64,000 nucleotides of DNA from Candidatus Xenobia bacterium (GTDB taxonomy: Bacteria > Vulcanimicrobiota > Xenobia > Xenobiales > QWHO01): NCBI GenBank assembly GCA_045863235.1, contig BTUM01000006.1, forward strand, positions 104,002 through 168,001, given 5' to 3'. A program made the translations under genes and the position numbers. How positions within the stretch are numbered: position 1 is the first letter of the stretch; the number at the start of each line of letters is the position of its first letter. The notes below the pieces were generated by a model, which was given only the letters and a program-made list of their open reading frames with translations, was not told where the DNA came from and searched no databases. Shown here one piece after another: positions 27,534 to 35,688 of the stretch.

Positions 27534-28358
27534 ATGTTGAACCGGATACCGCATACGCTGTTGGTCCTCTCCCTTACCCTCGGTAGCATGCCGATGGTGA
27601 TCGGCAAGCCCGACGCGCCCGAACAAGCGATTCAATTCGCACAGGTGAAGGAGGGGCCGTGGCAGGCGACGCCTGTCGAGGGCGCTAACTGGGTGCGGTG
27701 CCAGAGCGCATCAGGTGCCAGCGTGGAAGTCAGTCCGGAAGTCAAGCTCCGCCTCTCCAATGGCACGCTCGCTCGCTACTGCGCTGATGACCATGGCGGC
27801 TATCGGGTCACCGATGTTCAGGGTCGTCTTTTCGTGCGGATCGACGGCAAGGCTCCTGTAGTCGTCCAGGCCTCCGGAACGACGACGAGCGCGACCAGTG
27901 GTGAGTTCATGCTGGTCAGCAAGGACGAGAAGACCCAGTTCATGGTCTTTTCCGGCGACGCAGCCCCCGTTTCGGGCGATACCACGGTGGCAGAGGCTAC
28001 GGTCCAGGTTCCGGCCGTCACAGATAACGGTGAGTTACTGGCGGGACCGGATATTCGTGATCGCGATGACGGCACTGACGAGGGCGGTCGCGATCGTGTG
28101 CGCGGCACCAAAACGTCGACACCCCCAGCCCCGCCGCCGCCAGGTCCGGTGACGCCGCCGCCGCCCGCCATTCCGCCGGCCCCCCCGCCCAACGTGACGC
28201 AGCCCCCGCCTCCCTCGCCTCCGCAGCAGGTTGCCGATCCTGGCGGTGGGTTCGATGCCGCGTGGTTGGCGATTCCTCTGGTCGCTGGTGGTTTAGCTGC
28301 GCTTCTTGCCGGCGGCGGTGGGGACAACAACGTTCCTCTCGCTCCTGCCAGCCCCTAG
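27534..28358 (+). CDS. Exported protein: beta-rich (FecR-like) domain, poly-Pro linker, C-terminal TM and Gly-rich ..ASP tail
   Basis: N-terminal hydrophobic signal, PPP-rich stretch, then AAWLAIPLVAGGLAALLAGGGGDNNVPLAPASP. Confidence 0.6.
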   Translation: MLNRIPHTLLVLSLTLGSMPMVIGKPDAPEQAIQFAQVKEGPWQATPVEGANWVRCQSASGASVEVSPEVKLRLSNGTLARYCADDHGGYRVTDVQGRLFVRIDGKAPVVVQASGTTTSATSGEFMLVSKDEKTQFMVFSGDAAPVSGDTTVAEATVQVPAVTDNGELLAGPDIRDRDDGTDEGGRDRVRGTKTSTPPAPPPPGPVTPPPPAIPPAPPPNVTQPPPPSPPQQVADPGGGFDAAWLAIPLVAGGLAALLAGGGGDNNVPLAPASP

Positions 28359-28368
28359 CATGCCTGAC

Positions 28369-29133
28369 TCAGCGCACGGCAATCGATAGAATGTGTGAGG
28401 CGGCTTCGGCCGCCTCCTCGCGTACGCCCCGAAAGTGGGGACCACCGGAGTCAGTCACCTGTCCGAGCTGGTGGAGGGCTCTCGCCCCAAGCCGCTTGGC
28501 GGCCACGGCGTTGCGAAAGAGCTCGAGTGTGGCTTGACCGGCTGTAAGCTCTTCCAGGCGGAGTCCGGCCCCCGCTTCGAAGCGAATGGCCAGGACCGAG
28601 ATGCTGGTCGCATGCTTGGACCCGGGAGGGGGCAAAGCCCAGTGTGTCCGTTCCGGGAGCCGCATCATCAGGGGTCGGGGGAACGGAAGTAAGCGTCCGT
28701 GCTCGTCGAAAACGGCGTATTCATCCGAGTAGTACTCGGCCCCGGCCTCGACCAGGGCCTTGACCAGGCTGGACTTGCCCTGGCCCGATCGGCCCGGAAT
28801 GACGATTCCCCGTCCGCGCCAGCAGACCGAGCCTGCATGCACAAAGATGAATTCGCTGCGGGTGGCCATCGTTAGATGAACGTGTCTTCCCAGGGCTTCC
28901 CCTAGAGAGTCCTCATCGGGGCCCGACAGGAGGTGCTCGCCGTCCAGCGTTGCGCAAAACATCGTTTCGCCAGGTCCAGGGCGGAGAACTCGATAGTCTT
29001 CGACCCCGGTTCGAGCTGGACGCGCTTGCCAGTCAGGCAGCATGATCCACGGGCGTATCTTTTCCAGCAGGGAGTCGCAGTCCGACCTCAAGCTCAACGC
29101 CACCCCAAACTCTTCCACGTTCACGGATCCCAC
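28369..29133 (-). CDS. HprK-related P-loop kinase
   Basis: FVHAGSV, PGRSGQGKSSL (Walker A), YYSDEYAV, LPFPRPL. Confidence 0.85.
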   Translation of the reverse strand: MGSVNVEEFGVALSLRSDCDSLLEKIRPWIMLPDWQARPARTGVEDYRVLRPGPGETMFCATLDGEHLLSGPDEDSLGEALGRHVHLTMATRSEFIFVHAGSVCWRGRGIVIPGRSGQGKSSLVKALVEAGAEYYSDEYAVFDEHGRLLPFPRPLMMRLPERTHWALPPPGSKHATSISVLAIRFEAGAGLRLEELTAGQATLELFRNAVAAKRLGARALHQLGQVTDSGGPHFRGVREEAAEAASHILSIAVR

Positions 29134-29175
29134 GGAGAGAGGGTTTTGTTCGAGTTTTGCGAACTCCTGCGCACC

Positions 29176-29982
29176 ATGTCTCTAATTCCCAAACATCGTG
29201 AACGCTCATCGTGTGCTGACAAGCATGACACCCTCAAGTGGACCTGCGGATTCTCGGTTAGCGCGGAAGGATTTCGCATTCAAGTTGAGGGGATCGAGCG
29301 TGCCGCCCTGATTGGGGTAAGGACGAACGATGCGGGGCTGTTACCGGTTCTGCGCTCTTTCTTGCCTCCTCATTGGCAGGAGGTCGAGGTAGAGGAGGTG
29401 GATCTTCTCTACTCCTTCTTGGCGGGCGGCGAAGGTCAGCGCAGGGGGGTTCGCAACTACAACCTTTCCTACGTGAACTGCACCATGATGGGTCGCGAGC
29501 TGGATCCAGATCAGGCTCTCAGCGGCTTTCGCTTGCTGATGTATGTCCAGACCCTCTACAAGCTTCCGATCCTCGAGAAGTCCGTCATCGTCCGCGCCAG
29601 TCTCGCCGGCGATTCGAGACGGATCGTCGCCCTGGTGGCGGAGCAAGAGCCCGGTGAGACTTGGAAGTCGAATCTTCAGAAGACGGGTTTGAAGCCTTTG
29701 ACTTGCCCCTACCTGCTCCTGGACAAGGACGGGCAGCTCGTCGAGCCTTTTGCTCGCATCATGGGACTGCCCGGCCCTTTGACGGATATCGTCTTTATCG
29801 CCTCTGAGCCCTCGAGCTTTACGCCGGGCCAGGGCGTGCTGAGCCTCTTTTCCCATTCTCTCGGGACCAGTGAGAGCGTTCACGGCCAGGAGAGACTCGG
29901 GGCGCTCGCCAAAGCGATGCAGTCGACGCGCATTCACAACGTCTCCGATCCAAAGGAGCTCGTGGGCGCCCTGGCACTTTGA
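29176..29982 (+). CDS. Degenerate HprK-related kinase paralog (no Walker A)
   Basis: Collinear with 28369..29133: IVRASLAG/FVHAGSVC, YLLLDKDGQLVEPFAR/YAVFDEHGRLLPFPR, FTPGQGVLSLF/LTAGQATLELF. Start placed at ATG 29176. Confidence 0.65.
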   Translation: MSLIPKHRERSSCADKHDTLKWTCGFSVSAEGFRIQVEGIERAALIGVRTNDAGLLPVLRSFLPPHWQEVEVEEVDLLYSFLAGGEGQRRGVRNYNLSYVNCTMMGRELDPDQALSGFRLLMYVQTLYKLPILEKSVIVRASLAGDSRRIVALVAEQEPGETWKSNLQKTGLKPLTCPYLLLDKDGQLVEPFARIMGLPGPLTDIVFIASEPSSFTPGQGVLSLFSHSLGTSESVHGQERLGALAKAMQSTRIHNVSDPKELVGALAL

Positions 29983-31031
29983 CCGGTTGCAGTCCCGCGC
30001 TCCGGCGCTTGTTCCTTGCCTACGCTCGGGACGAGCCTTTTGCCCTGGTGCCCCCCGATCATGAGAAGTTTCTGGCCGAATGTCGCTATCACGGCCTGAT
30101 GGGCTGTCTGGCCGATCTGGTCGAGCGCCATGGCCATTCGAGTCGCGAGTTTGCTTCGTTGTGCCGCGAGGCTTTCAAAGCAGAGTTCTTCAAATGGGCG
30201 CGTTACCAGGCTCTGCAAAACCAGCTGGAGGAGGCTTTGGACAGAGCCGATCTGGACGCTCTGCTGCTGAAGGGGGCGGCGCTCAGGATGACCGTCTATC
30301 GAAGACCGGGTCTGCGTCCACTTTCCGACATCGATCTCCTCGTCCGGCCGGAAGCCTTCGATGAGACGGCGCGGGCCCTGGTGGGAATCGGACTGCTTTC
30401 CTCTCCGCACGGGAACCGGTTCTCCGACTTCCAGGGTCGGAACGTGGATTTGCACGGTCCTGAGCTTGGCCGAGTCGAGGCTGGCTGCGGGCTGCGGAGC
30501 CAGGATTTGTGGGCGGGCAGCCAGCCCGTTCCGGGCTCGCGCGTGTGGAGAGTGCTCGAGCCGCGCACGAATCTGGCGCATCTGGCCGTGCACGCGCTGA
30601 AACATTCTTACAGTCGCCTGGGATGGCTGATGGACATCGAGCTGGTGGCGCGAGAAGCAGGGGTGCGGCAAATCGAGCACGTGGCAGCCGCTCGCGCCGT
30701 TCAGTCTGCGCTCTATGTTTGTGGAGAGCTGGTGGGACGGCGTGCCGACCCCCCCGGGCGCTTCCAGGGCAGGATTCTCCTGGGAATGCTGGCGCGGGAT
30801 CTGCACCCCCTGGGCCAGATGTTGCTGGCCTGGCATCAGCCCCGCTGGCGCGACCGCTTCGATTTTCTTCGGGAGTCGGCGAGCGAAGCTCCGGCATACG
30901 AGACCACCGATTCCGTGACCAGCCGAATGGTACGCCTGAGCATCAGGCTGGTCAGGCTTCTGGTCGAGCAAGTTCTTCCCAGGGGCAGGAAATCCATGAG
31001 TCGGGACGAAGCCCGTGCACCTGATGATTGA
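29979..31031 (+). CDS. Nucleotidyltransferase family protein (NTP_transf_5-like)
   Basis: LLKGAAL, PGLRPLSDIDLLV, VDLH, HLAVHALKH, WLMDI. TTGA overlap with the upstream gene. Confidence 0.85.
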   Translation: MTGCSPALRRLFLAYARDEPFALVPPDHEKFLAECRYHGLMGCLADLVERHGHSSREFASLCREAFKAEFFKWARYQALQNQLEEALDRADLDALLLKGAALRMTVYRRPGLRPLSDIDLLVRPEAFDETARALVGIGLLSSPHGNRFSDFQGRNVDLHGPELGRVEAGCGLRSQDLWAGSQPVPGSRVWRVLEPRTNLAHLAVHALKHSYSRLGWLMDIELVAREAGVRQIEHVAAARAVQSALYVCGELVGRRADPPGRFQGRILLGMLARDLHPLGQMLLAWHQPRWRDRFDFLRESASEAPAYETTDSVTSRMVRLSIRLVRLLVEQVLPRGRKSMSRDEARAPDD

Positions 31032-31734
31032 AAAATTGCCGCGTATCAGAGCAGGTGTGTTGCCCACGGAACTGGGTGACGAGTTACTGATTTATTCTCC
31101 CGAGACCGAGACGGCGCACTGTCTGGGTGTCGTTGGAAAGGTCGTCTTTCATGGTTGCCAGTCCGGAATGGAGCCTGGCGATCTGGTCGCGCGGGTCACC
31201 CAGATGGGGATTGAGGACGGCGAAGCTGCCATGCTGGGAATGCTGGAGCAACTGGCTGAAAAGGGCATTACGGAGCCAGCTCCCATTGCGTCCGAGTTCG
31301 ACCGACGGCGGTTTCTCGCGTTGACCGGCCGCTGGGCCTCAGCGATGGTCGTGGCTTCGGCTATCGCTCCCAGGCCTGCGGAGGCCGGTACTTGTTATGA
31401 GTGCTTGACGGTTGGCGCTCCTACCTTCGCTCCCGTGAACTGTAACACGTGCAGTCAGATCTGTAAGTTTACCGCGGCCGGGGCCTGCCAGGCCACAGCC
31501 GTTTGCTGTTTCGAGTATCGTCTCTCGAACACCACCATCGACCCGACCGGGGCCTGCAATCTCGCCGAGGCTCTCGGCCTCTACGGGTGCCGATCGATTC
31601 CCGCCGCCCCGAGCGTTTTCCATTCTCACTGCGGGACCGCTCGGACCAACTGCATCAGTGCCGGAGGAACCCCGGGAACCCTCTACTATTGCTGCGCCTG
31701 CGCCGGTAACGCTCCGACCTTTAGCTGCACCTAG
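31024..31734 (+). CDS. PqqD/RRE-domain protein fused to a twin-arginine leader and 16-Cys C-terminal domain
   Basis: ELGDELLIYSPETETAHCL..GKVVFHGC..MLEQLAEKGI (PqqD-like), then DRRRFL + hydrophobic stretch + PAEA, then a 115-aa domain with 16 Cys. Confidence 0.75.
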   Translation: MIEKLPRIRAGVLPTELGDELLIYSPETETAHCLGVVGKVVFHGCQSGMEPGDLVARVTQMGIEDGEAAMLGMLEQLAEKGITEPAPIASEFDRRRFLALTGRWASAMVVASAIAPRPAEAGTCYECLTVGAPTFAPVNCNTCSQICKFTAAGACQATAVCCFEYRLSNTTIDPTGACNLAEALGLYGCRSIPAAPSVFHSHCGTARTNCISAGGTPGTLYYCCACAGNAPTFSCT

Positions 31735-31756
31735 GAGTTCCATCCGAGGATTCCAG

Positions 31757-31790
31757 AAAGGCCGGCTCTTTGGCCGGCTTTGTGTGTTTT
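31757..31790 (+). terminator. Probable intrinsic terminator
   Basis: aaag-gccggc-tctttg-gccggc-ttt hairpin followed by gtgtgtttt, ~22 nt after the stop at 31734. Confidence 0.55.
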
Positions 31791-31815
31791 GATCGTCAGG
31801 ACAGGGTGAAGGTGT

Positions 31816-33231
31816 TTGCTCTGTTCGTCGAAAGGAAGTTGGGCCGGGCAAACGAACGCACGAGCGGTGAAGGATGGCGTCATTTCGGCCCTGCGTTCGA
31901 GACTGAGCGTACCTGAAGCCTGGGGGCCGGCCAGTAAGGCGCTAAAGCTCTCGATCCTTACGTTCGCCGCTCAGATCGTCGCGATGGCCGCCTCCCCCAT
32001 CCTGACCCGCCTGTTCACCCCGAGCGATCTGGGCATTCTCGGCGTATTCGGTGCTACCGTCACGCTCATCAGCTTGCTGAGCTTTTTTCGCTACGAGCAA
32101 GCCATCCCGCTGGCCGAAGGCGACGAAGGTGGCGCCGGAATCTTGCAGCTGTGCCATCTTTGCCTGCTCGTCAGCGTTCTTCTCCTGAGCGGCGCGGTCT
32201 GGATGGGAGGGCCGGAGTTGATGGAGCTCATGCTCATCCCCAGCCTGGCTCCCTACCGGGTCCTCCTGCCGCTGGGCGTCCTGGGGGCGGGGATCTACAC
32301 CTTAAGCGAGTTCTGGCTGATTCGGCAGCGGCGCTACAGTTTCTTCGGCCTGACGCGGATCATCCAGATCGTTGTCATGATCGCCCTGCAGATCGTCGCC
32401 GGTATCTGCGGTGTCGGCGTGGTCGGACTGCTGGCCGGACAGGTGATCGGAATGGCCTTCGGGGGGGTACTGGTGTTGGCTCAGCTCTGGTTCCGTCGCC
32501 CGGTGGGCTGGCGTCAGATATCCTACCAGGCCCATCGCTATCGCCACTTCGGCTTCTACACCAGTTGGTCGACCATGATCAAGGCGGCCGCTTTGCAGGG
32601 GCCCATTCTCCTCATCGCTCACTTCTACGGTACCCAGGTCACCGGCTGGTTCAATCTTGCCCTCCGGGCCGTCACGATTCCGGGCGACATCTTCGCCAAG
32701 GCACTCTCTCGCGTCTTCCTGGGCGAGGCCGCTCGTCTTCAGCACGAGAATCGTCGGGGTCTGCTCTCCCTCTTCTGGCCGATTTTACGGCTGCAGGCGA
32801 TGATCGGAGTCGGTATCGCGATTGGAACCGTGGTCGCGGCCCCGCTTGCCTTCAAACTGGTCTTCGGCGCAGCCTGGACCCAGTCCGGGGTGTACGCCCA
32901 GTATCTCAGTTTGGCCATGCTGGCGCAGTTCATCGTCTCACCGATCGAGAACTTCCTGACCGTGGCCGAGCGGCAGGGCCTGTATGCATTCCGCGAGGTG
33001 CTGCGCGGGCTCCTGTCCCTGGGGCCGTTATGCGTGGCTTTCTGGATGAAGGCCAGCCCGAATGTAGCGATTCTTTGCTTCAGCCTGGGGGCCGCCAGTT
33101 TCGAGCTGGTCAGCCTGGCCCTGGCCACACTGGCTCTTCGCAGCGCCACGCAGAGCCCAATGCAGAGCGAAGGAAATTCCGAACCATCCCCGAGCTCGTC
33201 GGATCGATCAGAAGACTCCCCCCAAACGTAA
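31816..33231 (+). CDS. wzx: Wzx-type polysaccharide flippase
   Basis: PILTRLFTPSDLG, RYEQAIP, G.FNLA.R, LVFG.AW..SG.Y, many TMs. Start uncertain (possibly GTG 31867). Confidence 0.85.
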   Translation: MLCSSKGSWAGQTNARAVKDGVISALRSRLSVPEAWGPASKALKLSILTFAAQIVAMAASPILTRLFTPSDLGILGVFGATVTLISLLSFFRYEQAIPLAEGDEGGAGILQLCHLCLLVSVLLLSGAVWMGGPELMELMLIPSLAPYRVLLPLGVLGAGIYTLSEFWLIRQRRYSFFGLTRIIQIVVMIALQIVAGICGVGVVGLLAGQVIGMAFGGVLVLAQLWFRRPVGWRQISYQAHRYRHFGFYTSWSTMIKAAALQGPILLIAHFYGTQVTGWFNLALRAVTIPGDIFAKALSRVFLGEAARLQHENRRGLLSLFWPILRLQAMIGVGIAIGTVVAAPLAFKLVFGAAWTQSGVYAQYLSLAMLAQFIVSPIENFLTVAERQGLYAFREVLRGLLSLGPLCVAFWMKASPNVAILCFSLGAASFELVSLALATLALRSATQSPMQSEGNSEPSPSSSDRSEDSPQT

Positions 33232-34717
33232 TCGAGCCTACGCTCAGTACGCCGCCGCGCGTTCCCTGCGGCTCGCGCACGACGATCTCGGCTCCGGCAT
33301 ACCAGCTTTTTCCCCGCGCCACGACCGTGAAATCTGCGGGAGTCTCCGGCTGCGTGCAGTCGATCTCCCAGCCGGCTGCGCCCTGGCCGTTCAGGATCCC
33401 CGCGCTGCCCCCATACTCATGCCCAGGACCGCGGGGTAGAGGCTGATTCAACGAGCTGTTTCCGAAGCTAGTCTGACCCGGGTAGGTCGCTTCCCCGTAG
33501 ATCCAGTGGTTTGGAGCCGTGATTTCATAGCCGGCGGCCCGGCCCATGCCTCCCAGGCGGACCCCCAGCAGCTTGCCTTCGTTGGCGCAGCTCTGAGCAA
33601 AAACCATGCTGACGCAACGGATGCTGCCGTCCGGGAAAAGCTCGATCTCCCTGAAGATGCTGTTGGCGCCCAGACAGCAGATCCAGGCTCCCTGGTCATG
33701 GGCCTGCAACAGGACCTGGTACATGGCCCGCGACCAGTACTCCGAGTGGGTCGAGAGCACCACTACTCGGTAGCCATCGAGGACTTTTGGTCGCTGCTCG
33801 AGCTCGGCCTGGGAGATCAAGTCATAGGGGATCCCCTGTTTCTCCAGCCAGGCCAGGACACGCCATTCCCCGGCCGCCAGATGGTTCTCGAAGGGCGCCA
33901 TCAGCTCGTCCGACTCAAGCCCGCTGTTGAGGAAGGGACGATGAATGGAGAGCTTCCCGAACCGCCACGGATCGTCCAGTTCCCGCTCCGCCGGAAGAAA
34001 GCGGCGCAGCCACTTGCGCCACCCGCCTGGAATCAGGTCGCGCGGTGTCCAGGCTGGCTCGCGCGGTGTGGGAGGGGGCGGGACGTCGCCTTCATAATTG
34101 CGATAGCGGCTCCGCCCTCCAAACGGGTTGTAGGCCAGCCAGGTCGTGGTAGAGGCCAGTACCAGCACGTCGCTGCGGCGTCTCGAGCCAGAGCTCACCA
34201 CCAGTGGCAGGGCGTAGGCCGGATGGCCCTCGGACTCGAGCAGCCAGCTGTACAGACCTGGTTCGTTCGGAGCGCTGTAGCGCAGGACCGGTTTCCAGTC
34301 CAGGCCCTCGGCTACGAAGGGAGCGTCCGGAACCACTTGAGGGCTGGGCTCGGCTAGCGCTCGTCGGTCCACGACCGAGAGTTCGGCGCCATGCCGACGC
34401 AGGGTCAGTCGACAGGGAGTCGTGGTGTGCAGATGCAAAGTGGCATCTTGACCGGGATCCAGCGAAAGGCGGTCGCCGTATCCGAGCGGTCTATCCCCCA
34501 GCAGGCGCACGTGTTCGGGCACCTGGTCGCGTGGGTAACGCTTGGAGCCGTAACCCGGCAGGTTGAATTCGAGCTCATCGCCCGGCTCCAGGCGCCAGCG
34601 GCCGTCGGAATTGGTTTCGGTCGAGCCCAGCACGTCTCCCCGGGCGCTGAGGGACCGGACCTGGACGCCTGCCAGCGGCCAACACAACTCGGCACATGAG
34701 ACTCTTCCCGATTTCAT
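33110..34717 (-). CDS. N,N-dimethylformamidase beta-subunit family domain protein
   Basis: STTTWLAYN..GG.S.Y, SIHRP, WLEKQG..YD, HSEYWS..MY, LGANSI, GWEID, GSITF. ATGA overlap with the sulfotransferase. Confidence 0.75.
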   Translation of the reverse strand: MKSGRVSCAELCWPLAGVQVRSLSARGDVLGSTETNSDGRWRLEPGDELEFNLPGYGSKRYPRDQVPEHVRLLGDRPLGYGDRLSLDPGQDATLHLHTTTPCRLTLRRHGAELSVVDRRALAEPSPQVVPDAPFVAEGLDWKPVLRYSAPNEPGLYSWLLESEGHPAYALPLVVSSGSRRRSDVLVLASTTTWLAYNPFGGRSRYRNYEGDVPPPPTPREPAWTPRDLIPGGWRKWLRRFLPAERELDDPWRFGKLSIHRPFLNSGLESDELMAPFENHLAAGEWRVLAWLEKQGIPYDLISQAELEQRPKVLDGYRVVVLSTHSEYWSRAMYQVLLQAHDQGAWICCLGANSIFREIELFPDGSIRCVSMVFAQSCANEGKLLGVRLGGMGRAAGYEITAPNHWIYGEATYPGQTSFGNSSLNQPLPRGPGHEYGGSAGILNGQGAAGWEIDCTQPETPADFTVVARGKSWYAGAEIVVREPQGTRGGVLSVGSITFGGSLLIDPTSSGMVRNFLRSALGSAWRCEEPVWPGPG

Positions 34718-35688
34718 GAGTAACCGTAGCGCTCGCGGATCCGCGCCGTCAGTTCGTTGGCGATGTCCGCCTCGATGCGAGTAAGGTCCTTCTGCCAGCG
34801 CCCGATCTGCCGTTGGGAGAGCTTCACATCGTACAAGCCCGGGTGAGGCTCCAACTCCCAGAACCGACAGACTTCCGCCGTCGCCCGTTCGCGCTCGCAA
34901 ATCAGGTCTTCGAGACGAATCTCCAGTACGCGCTCGGCCGGAACTCTGGCCTTGATTTCCTGCCAGCGATCGAGCAGGTCGTTGAGCACGCGGGCACACT
35001 TTTCGGCAGTATCCGGCATCCAGGATTGTTGTTTGAAGGAGGCGATAACATCCCGAGGGTCGCGCACGATGTGAACCAGCTTGCTCTCGGGCAAAATCTG
35101 CAGGATGCGGTCGAACCAGAGGATGTTCCAGGTATTCTTCTCCAGATAGCAGGTGGCGTTTTGGCGGGCCAGCACCCCATCGATGAAGTCGCCCATGAAG
35201 GTCTGGAGCAGCGAAGCCACCTCGGCCGGCTGGGGCCTGCCGTAGAACATTCTCTGCGGCTCGAGCAGGGGTTGGCCGACCCACCCGCCCGGGAACGAGA
35301 AGCTGGAAAGGCGACCGAGCAGATCATCGACGAGTTGGAAGTAGCCTGGCAGGTAAACACTGGCCGATACCCCACTGTAACGCGGCGTGATCTTGAAAGG
35401 GAGCCTGCGCAAAGGTCCCAGGCGGCTCGCGCGCAGCAGAATCTTGTCCAGGAGTGGCGCCCGCCCGGCGCTCAGAAGAACGGCCCGTAATCGTTTCAGA
35501 CGGCAGTCGTAGTGAAACGGCGACCAGCCTTCGAGAGCCTGGAGGAAGTCCAATAGCCCGTCCGGATCGATGAGGAAGCGCAGCTCTCCGATATCGCACA
35601 CCGCAGGGTGGCGGGCGAAGACCTCTCCCATGACGGTCGTACCGCTTCGCCCGCTGCCACCGATGAGGCAGATTCTCCGGCTACCCAC
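34714..35688 (-). CDS. PAPS-dependent sulfotransferase
   Basis: GSGRSGTT (5'-PSB loop), EKN, IVRDPRDVIAS (3'-PB), RLEDL. Confidence 0.88.
   Translation of the reverse strand: MGSRRICLIGGSGRSGTTVMGEVFARHPAVCDIGELRFLIDPDGLLDFLQALEGWSPFHYDCRLKRLRAVLLSAGRAPLLDKILLRASRLGPLRRLPFKITPRYSGVSASVYLPGYFQLVDDLLGRLSSFSFPGGWVGQPLLEPQRMFYGRPQPAEVASLLQTFMGDFIDGVLARQNATCYLEKNTWNILWFDRILQILPESKLVHIVRDPRDVIASFKQQSWMPDTAEKCARVLNDLLDRWQEIKARVPAERVLEIRLEDLICERERATAEVCRFWELEPHPGLYDVKLSQRQIGRWQKDLTRIEADIANELTARIRERYGYS

Noticed and set aside
34718..35284. N-terminal extension of the 724-aa ORF 33110..35284
   Set aside because: Overlaps the sulfotransferase out of frame. The ATGA overlap at 34717 is the better start.
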